This document shows, piece after piece, positions 9,840 through 19,797 of a DNA stretch of 34,525 nt (positions are counted from its first letter, which is position 1; every line of letters starts with the position of its first letter). The notes beneath the pieces were generated by a model. It did not search any database. It saw nothing but the letters and a program-made list of their open reading frames with translations, and was not told where the DNA came from. This stretch comes from Campylobacterales bacterium (GTDB lineage: Bacteria > Campylobacterota > Campylobacteria > Campylobacterales > Sulfurimonadaceae). The position numbers were made by a program, and so were the translations under genes. Location of the stretch: NCBI GenBank assembly GCA_038205935.1, contig JBBRBK010000016.1, forward strand, positions 1-34,525. The letters run 5' to 3'.

Positions 9840-10332
9840 AGATTTTTTTAAAAAGAAACGTTCAAATGAAAAGCTAGATAATTTCATTCAAAAGTACAAT
9901 ATTCCAAGATCTTATCTTTCCACAACAAGAAGAAATGTAGCTCGCGCGATGTTTATTGGTATGTTTCTAGGACTGATTCCAATGCCAGGGCATATGCTCG
10001 CCGTTATCGCTTTGATGCCGTTTGCGAGATTTAATGTGCCAATCGCACTTACGATGGTATGGGTAGCCAATCCGTTTACGATACCTATTATTTATTATAT
10101 TGAGTATAAAACTGGAGCATTGTTTTTAGGTATGCATATGATCCAACCTGCACATATGGGAGCAGAATGGTTTATTACAAATTTGGAACATATCTTTGTA
10201 CCACTTTATGTGGGAACGGCATTTTATTCGTTAGTAATATCATCACTCTTATATTATGTGATTAATTTTTTATGGACGCGATCTGTAAATAAAGCAAGAA
10301 ATCAGAATAAACAAAATGAGGAAACAGTATGA
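9826..10332 (+). CDS. DUF2062-family membrane protein (copy 2, tandem paralog)
   Basis: Colinear with copy 1 (KYNIPR.YLST.R, IPMP, FNVPIA, NP.T.P, YYIEY.TG, PLYVGT.FYSL). Confidence 0.8.
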   Translation: MRMIRDFFKKKRSNEKLDNFIQKYNIPRSYLSTTRRNVARAMFIGMFLGLIPMPGHMLAVIALMPFARFNVPIALTMVWVANPFTIPIIYYIEYKTGALFLGMHMIQPAHMGAEWFITNLEHIFVPLYVGTAFYSLVISSLLYYVINFLWTRSVNKARNQNKQNEETV

Positions 10333-12890
10333 GCAAGCACAAAGCTATTTTTTTAAAAGATTATAGAGCACCAGATTTTACGATTACAGAGTGTTATTTA
10401 GAGTTTGATATTTATGAAGAGTACACCGTTGTGACAAATAGTATGAAGATTTTACAATTATGTGATGATATTCATGAGTTAAGACTTCACGGTGTTGGTT
10501 TAGAGCTTTTAGAGCTTACATGTAACGAAAAAAACGTGCCAGATGATATGTATAAAATAGATGAAGAAAGTCTAACTCTTTACAATGTGTCACCATCGTT
10601 TACATTGCAGATCAAAACTAAAGTCTATCCGCATAAAAACACAGAACTTGAGGGTTTATATAAATCTAACGGAATGTTTTGTACACAAAATGAGCCTGAA
10701 GGCTTTCGTCGCATAACTTATTTTTTAGATCGTCCCGATGTGATGGCAAAGTACACAACAAAAGTAATCGCCGATAAAAAGTATCCGATGCTACTGAGTA
10801 ATGGCAATAAAAAAGAGTGCGGTGAGCTTAAAGACAATCGCCATTTTTGTGTATGGGAAGATCCTTTTGCAAAACCTTCCTATCTCTTTGCCTTAGTTGC
10901 TGGAGATCTTGGAAATATTACTGAGAGTTTTACGACGATGAGTGCGCGTGAAATAGAGCTTAATATTTACTGCGATAAAGGTAATGAAGCAAAATGTTTT
11001 CATGCGATGGAATCTTTGAAAAAAGCGATGAGTTGGGATGAAGAAAAATATACAAGAGAATACGATCTTGATATTTATAATATCGTTGCCGTTGATAGCT
11101 TTAATATGGGAGCGATGGAAAATAAAGGGCTCAATATTTTTAATTCCACTTATGTTTTAGCCGATAAAGAAAGTGCGACGGATCAAAATTATATGGGCAT
11201 CGAGAGCGTTATTGCGCATGAATATTTTCATAATTGGACGGGAAATCGTATTACATGTAGAGACTGGTTTCAGCTTACACTTAAAGAGGGTTTGACAGTT
11301 TATCGAGATCAGACTTTTAGCGCGGATATGAACTCCGCGGATGTAACGCGCATAGATAATGTCAAATCACTTCGCGAACGCCAGTTTGTAGAAGACGCTG
11401 GCCCGACTTCTCATCCTATTCAACCAGATTCATACATCTCTATGAATAATTTTTACACAGCAACGGTTTATGAAAAAGGTGCTGAGGTGATAGGAATGTA
11501 TCACACGCTACTCGGCGAAGAAAATTATAAAAAGGCGATGCAACTTTACTTTGATACCTTTGATGGCAAAGCGGTTCGTGTAGATGACTTTTTCTGGGCG
11601 ATGGAACAAAACTATGCTGGTGATTTGAGCCAGTTTAAAAGATGGTACCATCAATCAGGAACTCCATCTTTACAGGTAAGTGAGAGTTTTGAAAGCGGTA
11701 TTTTAATGCTTACATGTAAGCAAATTATTCCAAGCACAGTAGAGGATAAAGAACAACAGCCATTTATGTATCCGTTTAAAGTAGCACTCTTTTCTGAGAA
11801 TGGTGAGTTTTTACAAGAACAGACGTTGATTATCAAAGATGAGGTAGAAACTTTTAGATTTGAAAACTTGCTATGTAAACCAAAACTCTCACTCAACCGA
11901 GGTTTTAGTGCACCGATAAAAGTTATCTGTGAAACCCAAGATTATCCGTTTTTAATGCAATATGAAAATGACAGTTTCAATAGATATGAAGCCGCGCAAA
12001 AATTTGCTCTGCAAACTCTGGGTGAGATGATGGATAGCGATACTATCAATGAGGAATATGTTAGCTCATTTCAAGAACTCCTTGATTCTGATATCGACAC
12101 TCTATACAAAGCACAGCTTTTAGAACTTCCAAGTATCGCAAATCTTATGCAAACAAGAGAGATTGTTGATTTCGAGCAGATGTGTGATACGAAAGAAACA
12201 CTTACAAAGCACATAGCAAAAGAATATAAAGAGCAGTTTTTAAAACTTTATAAAATATATCATAATATTGAAGATAATTCTTTATCGTCAGAATCTATGG
12301 GAAAAAGAGCGCTTAAAAATCGAGCTTTATTTTATCTGGCATCTCTCAAAGATGAAGATGGAGAGCTTCTTTGCAACGAACAATATTTTTCTTCGATTAC
12401 GATGAATGATAAAGTCGTGGCGCTTTCGTTATTAGAAAATTTTTACTCTAAAAGTGCGCAAAGAGCTCTTAAAGATTTTTATGAAAGATATAAACACGAT
12501 CTTTTAATTATGAATAAATATTTTACTATTATCTCAACGGCAAAAAGAGATGATGTCCTTTCTCGTGTTTTGGCATCTGAGCGAGATGAAGTGTATGATG
12601 AAAAAGTCCCGAATCTTGTACGCGCTTTGATATATGGATTTACAAGAAACTATAGTTATTTTCATGCAGCTGATGGAAGCGGATATAAATATATAGCGGA
12701 TAAAGTAATAGAGATAGATAAGATGAATGCTCAGATAGCTTCAGGCTTGGCCGGAGCATTCAAAATTTATAAGAAATTAGATAAAAATCACAAAAATGTG
12801 ATGCAAGTTCAACTAAAAAGAGTTATTCAGACAGAAAATCTTTCAAATAACACTTATGAGATTATTTCAAAAATTTTAGATAATAAATGA
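10329..12890 (+). CDS. pepN: Aminopeptidase N (M1 family)
   Basis: GAMENKGLNIFN, HEYFH-NWTGNRITCRDWFQLTLKE zinc motif, NFYTATVYEKG. Confidence 0.97.
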   Translation: MSKHKAIFLKDYRAPDFTITECYLEFDIYEEYTVVTNSMKILQLCDDIHELRLHGVGLELLELTCNEKNVPDDMYKIDEESLTLYNVSPSFTLQIKTKVYPHKNTELEGLYKSNGMFCTQNEPEGFRRITYFLDRPDVMAKYTTKVIADKKYPMLLSNGNKKECGELKDNRHFCVWEDPFAKPSYLFALVAGDLGNITESFTTMSAREIELNIYCDKGNEAKCFHAMESLKKAMSWDEEKYTREYDLDIYNIVAVDSFNMGAMENKGLNIFNSTYVLADKESATDQNYMGIESVIAHEYFHNWTGNRITCRDWFQLTLKEGLTVYRDQTFSADMNSADVTRIDNVKSLRERQFVEDAGPTSHPIQPDSYISMNNFYTATVYEKGAEVIGMYHTLLGEENYKKAMQLYFDTFDGKAVRVDDFFWAMEQNYAGDLSQFKRWYHQSGTPSLQVSESFESGILMLTCKQIIPSTVEDKEQQPFMYPFKVALFSENGEFLQEQTLIIKDEVETFRFENLLCKPKLSLNRGFSAPIKVICETQDYPFLMQYENDSFNRYEAAQKFALQTLGEMMDSDTINEEYVSSFQELLDSDIDTLYKAQLLELPSIANLMQTREIVDFEQMCDTKETLTKHIAKEYKEQFLKLYKIYHNIEDNSLSSESMGKRALKNRALFYLASLKDEDGELLCNEQYFSSITMNDKVVALSLLENFYSKSAQRALKDFYERYKHDLLIMNKYFTIISTAKRDDVLSRVLASERDEVYDEKVPNLVRALIYGFTRNYSYFHAADGSGYKYIADKVIEIDKMNAQIASGLAGAFKIYKKLDKNHKNVMQVQLKRVIQTENLSNNTYEIISKILDNK

Positions 12891-13044
12891 AACAAACCAA
12901 CAAATTAGGATAATTTTTTAAAAAACTTAAGCTTTGTTTTTGAAAAACATCACTACAATGATAAGACATTATAATATTACCGCAGGGTTTTCATCTTGTA
13001 AGTTATTGTGGTTTTTCGTTATATTATTTAATTGAGGAGTAAGC

Positions 13045-14514
13045 ATGGCAAGATTAGTCGTTCTTGGTGGAGGAGTTTCAGGTCATACGGCAGCGACCTT
13101 CGCTGCAAAATGGTTGGGTTCACAACACGAAGTTATTGTTGTTACACCAAATTCTAAGTGGAACTGGATTCCATCTAACATCTGGGTTGGCGTTGGTCAA
13201 ATGACTAAAGAAGAAGTTACTTTTGATTTAGCACCGGTATATAAAAAAGCTGGCATAGGATTTAAGCAAGCAAAAGCTGTTTCCATCAATCCAGAAGGTA
13301 ATGAAAGTTCAAATAAGCCGTTTGTTACAATCGAATACACTGAAAAAGAAAAAGCAGGTCAAACAGAAAATATTGAATATGATTATTTAATAAATGCGAC
13401 AGGTCCAAAACTAAACTTTGCAGCAACACCAGGGCTTGGTGATGCGAATGGTTTGGGTGAGTTTACTGTTTCTGTTTGTACTGCAGATCACGCTGCTCAT
13501 GCAAATGATGAATTTCAAAAATCTATTGAGAAAATGAAAAAAGGAGAACGCCAAAAATTCTTAATCGGTACAGGTCACGGTATGTGTACATGTCAAGGTG
13601 CGGCGTTTGAGTACATCTTCAACATTGAACATGAACTAAGAAAAGCTGGCGTACGTGATATGGCAGATATGAAGTGGATCTCTAATGAATCATTCTTAGG
13701 TGATTTTGGTATGGGCGGACTTCATATGAAAGTTGGCGGATATGTTGTGAGTTCTAAACTTTTTGCCGAGTCTCTCTTTGCTGAACGTGGTGTTGACTGG
13801 TTGATTGGTGCACACGTAAACAAAGTTGAAGCTGGAAAAGCTCATTATGAACTTCTTGATGGATCTATGGGCGAAGAAGATTTTGATTTTTCTATGCTTA
13901 TTCCTCCATTTGCCGGTGTAGGCTTAAAAGCGTATAACAAAACTGGTGAAGATATCACTGCAACTGTATTTGCTCCAAATGGTTTTATGAAAGTTGATGC
14001 TGATTATACTCCAAAACCATATGCTGAGTGGAAAGCTAGTGACTGGCCTCGTACATACCAAAGTTCTGCATACAAAAATATGTTTGCAGCAGGTATCGCG
14101 TTTGCTCCACCACATGCTATTTCAAGACCGATGAGTTCACCAAATGGAACTCCTATTAATCCAACTCCTCCACGTACAGGTATGCCATCAGGTATTATCG
14201 GTAAAGCAGTAGCTCACAGCATTTGTGATCTCATCAATAAAGGTGATAAAGCACATTTACATGAAGCTTCTATGGCTGAGATGGGTGCGGCGTGTGTTGC
14301 ATCAGCAGGTAAAGGTATTTTTACTGGTACTGCTGCTGCGATGACAGTTTATCCTGTTGTTCCAGATTTTGAAAAATACCCGGGAACTGGCCGTGATACA
14401 GATTATACATTCGGCGAAATTGGTCTTGCTGGTCACTGGATAAAACATGTCCTTCATTATTTATTTATGTATAAAGCGAAGTTAAATCCAGGCTGGACGT
14501 TAATTCCAGAATAA
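13045..14514 (+). CDS. sqr: Sulfide:quinone oxidoreductase, type IV (SqrD-like)
   Basis: VVLGGGVSG FAD motif, WIPSNIWVGVG, SVCT, TCQGAAFEY, PPRTGMPS, AACV and LAGHW...WTLIPE C-terminus, closely resembling SqrD of green sulfur bacteria as I recall it. Confidence 0.92.
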   Translation: MARLVVLGGGVSGHTAATFAAKWLGSQHEVIVVTPNSKWNWIPSNIWVGVGQMTKEEVTFDLAPVYKKAGIGFKQAKAVSINPEGNESSNKPFVTIEYTEKEKAGQTENIEYDYLINATGPKLNFAATPGLGDANGLGEFTVSVCTADHAAHANDEFQKSIEKMKKGERQKFLIGTGHGMCTCQGAAFEYIFNIEHELRKAGVRDMADMKWISNESFLGDFGMGGLHMKVGGYVVSSKLFAESLFAERGVDWLIGAHVNKVEAGKAHYELLDGSMGEEDFDFSMLIPPFAGVGLKAYNKTGEDITATVFAPNGFMKVDADYTPKPYAEWKASDWPRTYQSSAYKNMFAAGIAFAPPHAISRPMSSPNGTPINPTPPRTGMPSGIIGKAVAHSICDLINKGDKAHLHEASMAEMGAACVASAGKGIFTGTAAAMTVYPVVPDFEKYPGTGRDTDYTFGEIGLAGHWIKHVLHYLFMYKAKLNPGWTLIPE

Positions 14515-14530
14515 TAATTAAGGAGAGAAT

Positions 14531-14704
14531 ATGGAAAAGAAAGTAGTACCTGAAGAGTTGAATTTTCAAAAAGATGATAAAATGACTCTCACAATGATCC
14601 CAGGCAAATTTGCACGTTCAATGCGTACATGTGTTATCTGGCAGTTTATCCGTTTTGTTATTATCAATATCAAGATGATAATTGTTGTTGGCAAAAGCCA
14701 CTAA
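14531..14704 (+). CDS. Small 57-aa protein downstream of sqr; absent from the ORF track
   Basis: AAGGAG RBS, ATG 16 nt after the sqr stop; MEKKVVPEELNFQKDDKMTLTMIPGKFARSMRTCVIWQFIRFVIINIKMIIVVGKSH; hairpin directly after the stop. Confidence 0.8.
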   Translation: MEKKVVPEELNFQKDDKMTLTMIPGKFARSMRTCVIWQFIRFVIINIKMIIVVGKSH

Positions 14705-14711
14705 AACCTTC

Positions 14712-14740
14712 GAAGTCGGGATTTCCCCGATTTCAATCTT
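14712..14740 (+). terminator. Hairpin closing the sqr two-gene operon
   Basis: GAAGTCGGG-ATTTC-CCCGATTTC 9-bp stem (one G-U); weak T tract. Confidence 0.6.
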
Positions 14741-14818
14741 CTAAAAATCCTTATAATCATTTCTTTAATCGTTAACTTTTGTATAATAATAAATTAGTAT
14801 CTTATTGGGCGGTTTTTT

Positions 14819-17443
14819 ATGGATGAACTTTTAAATTTAAAATCAAATATCACTGTTTTAGAAAAAGGAAAATTCTCTGTTATCCAAAAATGGATGCAAT
14901 ATGAAGAACCACAAAATATTCTTCGCCGTCATGGAATAAATAAAGAAATTTTCGAAGTGTACGCGAACAATGTTTTTGATTATTTTATGGGTGTGATCAA
15001 CGGAATTCTTGAGCTTGGAGCTTGCCCTGTAATTGAGGATCTTTTACGTTATCTAAAAGATCGCAATGTAAGCGCCAAAGAACTTTTTATTATCTGTAGT
15101 CATTTTAAACTTTCAATGGTTGAATACACATATGATATAGAGATAAATTCAAAAGATCTTTTTAAAGCAATTACCTATGTTTTTGATAGAAATTTTTCAA
15201 AAGTTCTAGAAATATATTCACAGACTATTTATGAAAAAGATATAGAAATAGGTAAAAATGTTGAGCTTTTAGAACAGTATATCTATGCTCTCAATGAAAG
15301 TGCATTAGTTTCAAAGACTGATAGTGAGGGTTTCATAACATATGTAAATGATAAATTTGTTGATCTGTGCGGATATAGAGAAGTTGAACTCATAGGAAGA
15401 AACCATAGTGTTATGCGCCATGAAGATATGTCAAAAAACTTCTTTAAAAAAATGTGGACAACTATTTTATCAAATAATATTTTTGTTGGAACGATAAAAA
15501 ATAAGCGTAAAAATGGAGGCTATGTTTACATAGATACAACCATTATTCCCATTGTAGATCCTTTTAGCGGAAATAAAGAGTATATGGCCATAGGCTATGA
15601 AGTGACAAAGCTTATTGATGCAAGACAAAAAGCGATAGAAGCAGATAAGGCGAAAGATTATTTTTTATCTAATATGTCTCACGAAATACGTACACCGCTC
15701 AATGCAATTCTTGGTTTTGTGTCATTAATGCAAGGTGAAAATATCTCAATTAAGCATAAAAACTATTTGGACATTATCTATAACAGCGGAGAAAATTTAC
15801 TCTATATTATCAATGATATTTTGGACTTTTCTAAACTTCGAAGTGGTGAGTTTACATTAGAGTCAAAAGTGTTTAACTTGGAAGCGTCTCTTTCTCGCGT
15901 TATGGAGCTCTTTGTTGCAACTGCAAGCCAGAAACAGATTTCCATTCTCAGCTTTATAGATCCAACTATTCCCTCTGAAATTTTAACAGATGAACTACGA
16001 CTTGGTCAGATTATCTCAAATTTTTTAAGCAATGCAATCAAATTTACGCCCGTAAAAGGAACTATTGAGATAAATGCTTATTGTAAGGATGGATTTCTTG
16101 AAATATCGGTTGAAGATTCTGGGATCGGAATAGAAAAAAAGGATATAACAAAAATATTTGAGGCGTTTACACAAGCCCAAAGCACTATCATCAAAAGAAG
16201 TGGAGGAACCGGACTTGGTCTTTCTATCTGTAAACAGCTTGCTGAGTTAATGGATGGACATATAAGTGTACGTTCAACGTTGGGGACGGGAAGTATATTT
16301 ATACTGAATCTTCCAGTGAAAATCATTAACAAAGAGATGTTACATCTTGATTGTCAGATGCTTAAAGATAAAAAAATTGCTTTTTTTGTGAATGAAAAAA
16401 CTGAAAAGAGAAAATTGGATATATTTACAAAATATTATATGCAAATTGGAATAGAGTTAGTTTTAATTGATAGCATTAAAGAAAGTGATTGTGATCTATT
16501 TTATTTTATGGACAGTGATCTTGATGATAGTATGCGATATTCCATTATTCAAGAAAATAGACCTGCAATTGCAATTATGGAATATATGAATGAAAGTTAT
16601 GAATCAGTTAGGAATATTACCAATCTTTGTTTTCCTATATATTTGACAAAATTAAGAGATAAAAGTTTAGAAGCTTTAGGATTGAGCGAAGAATACAATA
16701 AGAGAATTGCAACACTTCTAGAGAGTCAAAAATTTGATGGGCACGTTTTAGTAGCAGAAGATAATGAGGCGAATCAGGAGCTTATGAAGATTCTTTTGGA
16801 TAAATATGGAATAACTTTTGACATGGTCTCAAATGGGAAAGAGGCCGTTTCAATGTTTCATGCCAATAGATATGATTTGATTCTTATGGATGATCAGATG
16901 CCATTGCAAAATGGCTTAGAAGCAACCCAAGAGATCAGAATATATGAGAAGAAGAATCATCTCACATATACACCTATTTCAATGCTTACAGCAAATGTTA
17001 TCAAGGGTGCAAGAGAAAAAAGTATGATGCATGGAGTTGATGACTTTTTAGGTAAACCAATTGTTCTTAAAGAACTTGAGCGAGTTTTAGAAGTTTATTT
17101 AAATTCAAAAAATGTACCTGAAGAAAAAAGCTTTGATCTTCAGAGTCTTCAAGATGAACTCCAACTTGATTATGATCAGTTACAGACATTGATGAAAATT
17201 TATATAAAAAAGATGGATGAAACACTGCCAAGACTTCAAAATGAGATAGAAAACAAAGAGTACTGCAATATCGCAAAGCTTGCGCATTCTATCAAAGGAT
17301 CAAGCGCCAATTTTAGACTTGAAGAGATCCAGAATCTTGCTCAGGAAATGGAAAAAAATGCTAAAGAGGAAAACACTTTGTACCCGTACACGGAGTGTGC
17401 AAGAAATATCGAATGCTTATATCAGAAGATTAAAGAGTTTTAA
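14819..17443 (+). CDS. Soluble hybrid sensor histidine kinase (unknown N-domain, PAS, HisKA, HATPase, degenerate REC, REC, HPt)
   Basis: PAS (VSKTDSEGFITYVNDKF...GY...ELIG), H-box SHEIRTPLNAILG, NAIKFT, DSGIGI, GGTGLGL, REC VAEDN/LILMD, HPt AHSIKGSSAN; no obvious TM helix. Confidence 0.93.
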   Translation: MDELLNLKSNITVLEKGKFSVIQKWMQYEEPQNILRRHGINKEIFEVYANNVFDYFMGVINGILELGACPVIEDLLRYLKDRNVSAKELFIICSHFKLSMVEYTYDIEINSKDLFKAITYVFDRNFSKVLEIYSQTIYEKDIEIGKNVELLEQYIYALNESALVSKTDSEGFITYVNDKFVDLCGYREVELIGRNHSVMRHEDMSKNFFKKMWTTILSNNIFVGTIKNKRKNGGYVYIDTTIIPIVDPFSGNKEYMAIGYEVTKLIDARQKAIEADKAKDYFLSNMSHEIRTPLNAILGFVSLMQGENISIKHKNYLDIIYNSGENLLYIINDILDFSKLRSGEFTLESKVFNLEASLSRVMELFVATASQKQISILSFIDPTIPSEILTDELRLGQIISNFLSNAIKFTPVKGTIEINAYCKDGFLEISVEDSGIGIEKKDITKIFEAFTQAQSTIIKRSGGTGLGLSICKQLAELMDGHISVRSTLGTGSIFILNLPVKIINKEMLHLDCQMLKDKKIAFFVNEKTEKRKLDIFTKYYMQIGIELVLIDSIKESDCDLFYFMDSDLDDSMRYSIIQENRPAIAIMEYMNESYESVRNITNLCFPIYLTKLRDKSLEALGLSEEYNKRIATLLESQKFDGHVLVAEDNEANQELMKILLDKYGITFDMVSNGKEAVSMFHANRYDLILMDDQMPLQNGLEATQEIRIYEKKNHLTYTPISMLTANVIKGAREKSMMHGVDDFLGKPIVLKELERVLEVYLNSKNVPEEKSFDLQSLQDELQLDYDQLQTLMKIYIKKMDETLPRLQNEIENKEYCNIAKLAHSIKGSSANFRLEEIQNLAQEMEKNAKEENTLYPYTECARNIECLYQKIKEF

Positions 17444-18189
17444 TCTTCTATATAGTAACCCATACCAGAGGCATTTTTGATGATTTCTGTTGGGAGTTTA
17501 CTTCTAAGTCTCCATACTAGCGTGCGAACACTATTTTCTGTAGCACCATCCTCGTCCCAAACATAGCTGATTGCCTGATCAAAAGTTACAACAAGCCCAA
17601 GCTGTGCAACAAGAAGACGGATAAAAGCATTTTCTTTTTTTGTCAATTTTATTTTTTTATTATTACAAAAAGTTTCACAAACACTGATATCAAGATGATA
17701 GCCATCGCCAAAAGGAACGATTGGTTTATCTGAGAGTTTTTTATTGTAAAGAAGTTTTTCTAAGTTTAGTTTATCAACTTTGAGTAAATCAAGATTTTCA
17801 CTTCTCTTTTTTTCTTGATGGTATTTGTAGAGCGCCATCTGAATGGTTACATGTAGGTTTGCCGGATCAAAAGGCTTGATGATGTACCCATAAGGCTCTG
17901 TCATACTTGCATCTTTTATAATATGATCATCAGTGTGCGCCGTTAAAAAGATGAAAGGCATAAGCTGTTGTTCACGTACATAAGCTGCGAGCTTGATCCC
18001 ATCATCACTTTCTTGAAGAGAGATATCTATAATGAGGATATCAGGCGTATAAACCTTTATCTTACTTTTTGCACTCGTAGCATCGTCTGCTACGGCAACA
18101 ACATTATATCCCTGCTTCTCCAAGGACATTTTGAGATTCATCGCTGTAACTTCGTCATCCTCAACAATAAGAACTCTCTTGTTTTTCAT
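17440..18189 (-). CDS. Response regulator with REC and OmpR-type winged-helix domains
   Basis: VLIVEDD, ILIIDISL, FLTAH, IKPFD; C-terminal LTKKE...VW...VRTLVWRLRSKL...GMGY; convergent with the kinase (4-bp overlap). Confidence 0.9.
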   Translation of the reverse strand: MKNKRVLIVEDDEVTAMNLKMSLEKQGYNVVAVADDATSAKSKIKVYTPDILIIDISLQESDDGIKLAAYVREQQLMPFIFLTAHTDDHIIKDASMTEPYGYIIKPFDPANLHVTIQMALYKYHQEKKRSENLDLLKVDKLNLEKLLYNKKLSDKPIVPFGDGYHLDISVCETFCNNKKIKLTKKENAFIRLLVAQLGLVVTFDQAISYVWDEDGATENSVRTLVWRLRSKLPTEIIKNASGMGYYIED

Positions 18190-18427
18190 ACTCTGTCCTA
18201 CATTTATATTATTTGAAAAAGTGATAATTTTACTTTTGCTAGTATACTCAAAAAGTGATATTTTTTAAAGATTTTATTATAAACTTATCACATTTGTGTT
18301 AAAAGTAAACAATATATGGGAATTTACATCTTAGATATTGCTTACATGTGAGGAATATTTATACATTTTATCCCTTATTCAACACAGTTTCGCCATAATC
18401 GCATCTATATTATATGAATGGATTTTT

Positions 18428-19795
18428 ATGCTGGATTTTACAAAATTTACAAAATATTCCAAGCCGGGACCGAGATACACAAGTTATCCGACCGCATTAG
18501 AGTTTAATGATGATTTTAAATATAATGAATATATCAATAAACTTGAATCACAGGATGAAAAACGTCCTCTTTCTCTTTACTTTCATCTTCCATTTTGTAG
18601 GAATGCTTGTTACTTTTGCGGCTGTAATGTTGTTTTTACTTCAAAAGAGGAAAAAAAAGTACGCTATATCGATTATCTTCGTCGTGAGTTAGAGATTCTC
18701 TCACGTCATCTTGATATGTCAAGAGAAGTAATTCAGCTTCATTTTGGAGGAGGTACTCCGACATATTTTTCTGCTCCTCAACTTGATGAGATTATTACAA
18801 TGATCAAATCTCACTTTCCAAACTTTATTCAAGGGGCTGAGGTCAGTTGTGAGATAGATCCTCGTCATATTGATGAGCCTCAGATGAAGGTGATGAGTGA
18901 TGCGGGATTTAATCGTGTTAGTTTTGGAATTCAGGATTTCAATGAGAAGGTTCAAATTGCAGTGCACCGTGTCCAACCTTATGATATCACAAAAGCTGCG
19001 ATGGAACTGGCTCGAAAATACAATATGCATTCTGTGAATGTGGATCTAATCTATGGACTTCCATATCAAAGCCTTGCGACATTTAAAGAAACTTTGGCAC
19101 TTTCTCTTACTTTAGATGCTGACCGATATGCGGTGTTTAATTATGCTCACGTTCCATGGCTTAAAAAGACAATGAGAAAGATCGATGAAACGACACTTCC
19201 AACTCCTGAAGAAAAACTTCACATTATGCAGTATACGATAGATTTTTTAACTTCTCATGGATATAAAATGATAGGAATGGATCACTTTGCAAAGCCTGAA
19301 GATGAGCTGTTTAAAGCGATAGAAAAGGGTGAGCTGCATAGAAATTTCCAAGGCTACACAACAAAAGGCGGCGCAGATTTGATCGGTGTCGGTTTGACTT
19401 CGATAGGTGAGGGTGTTGATTATTATGCTCAGAATTTTAAAGATATGGATGAGTATGAAGCCGCGATTGACGCGCAAAAGCTTCCATTTGAGAGAGGCGT
19501 ATTTTTGAGTGAAGATGACATGATCCGTCAATATGTGATCATGGAGCTCATGAGTAACTTCAAACTTGATATCAAACGTTTTGAAAAAGAGTTCAATATT
19601 GATTTTAAAACATACTTTGCAGATGCAATAGAAGCATTGAAACCTTTTGCCGAAGATGGACTTTTAAAGATGGATGAAGAGCACATCGTTTGTTCAGAAA
19701 CGGGAACTTTGTTGATTAGAAATATAGCGATGCCTTTTGATGCTTACATGAAAAAACATGCAACAAGTCAAAAAACATTTTCTAAAACGGTGTAA
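18428..19795 (+). CDS. hemN: Oxygen-independent coproporphyrinogen III oxidase
   Basis: GPRYTSYPTA, radical-SAM CRNACYFCGC, HFGGGTPT, IGMDHFA, RNFQGY. Start moved from TTG 18338 to ATG 18428 (MLDFTKF). Confidence 0.95.
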   Translation: MLDFTKFTKYSKPGPRYTSYPTALEFNDDFKYNEYINKLESQDEKRPLSLYFHLPFCRNACYFCGCNVVFTSKEEKKVRYIDYLRRELEILSRHLDMSREVIQLHFGGGTPTYFSAPQLDEIITMIKSHFPNFIQGAEVSCEIDPRHIDEPQMKVMSDAGFNRVSFGIQDFNEKVQIAVHRVQPYDITKAAMELARKYNMHSVNVDLIYGLPYQSLATFKETLALSLTLDADRYAVFNYAHVPWLKKTMRKIDETTLPTPEEKLHIMQYTIDFLTSHGYKMIGMDHFAKPEDELFKAIEKGELHRNFQGYTTKGGADLIGVGLTSIGEGVDYYAQNFKDMDEYEAAIDAQKLPFERGVFLSEDDMIRQYVIMELMSNFKLDIKRFEKEFNIDFKTYFADAIEALKPFAEDGLLKMDEEHIVCSETGTLLIRNIAMPFDAYMKKHATSQKTFSKTV

Positions 19796-19797
19796 TC

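Noticed and set aside
18338..18427. 30-aa N-terminal extension on HemN
   Set aside because: Artefact of an upstream TTG; family similarity begins at ATG 18428.
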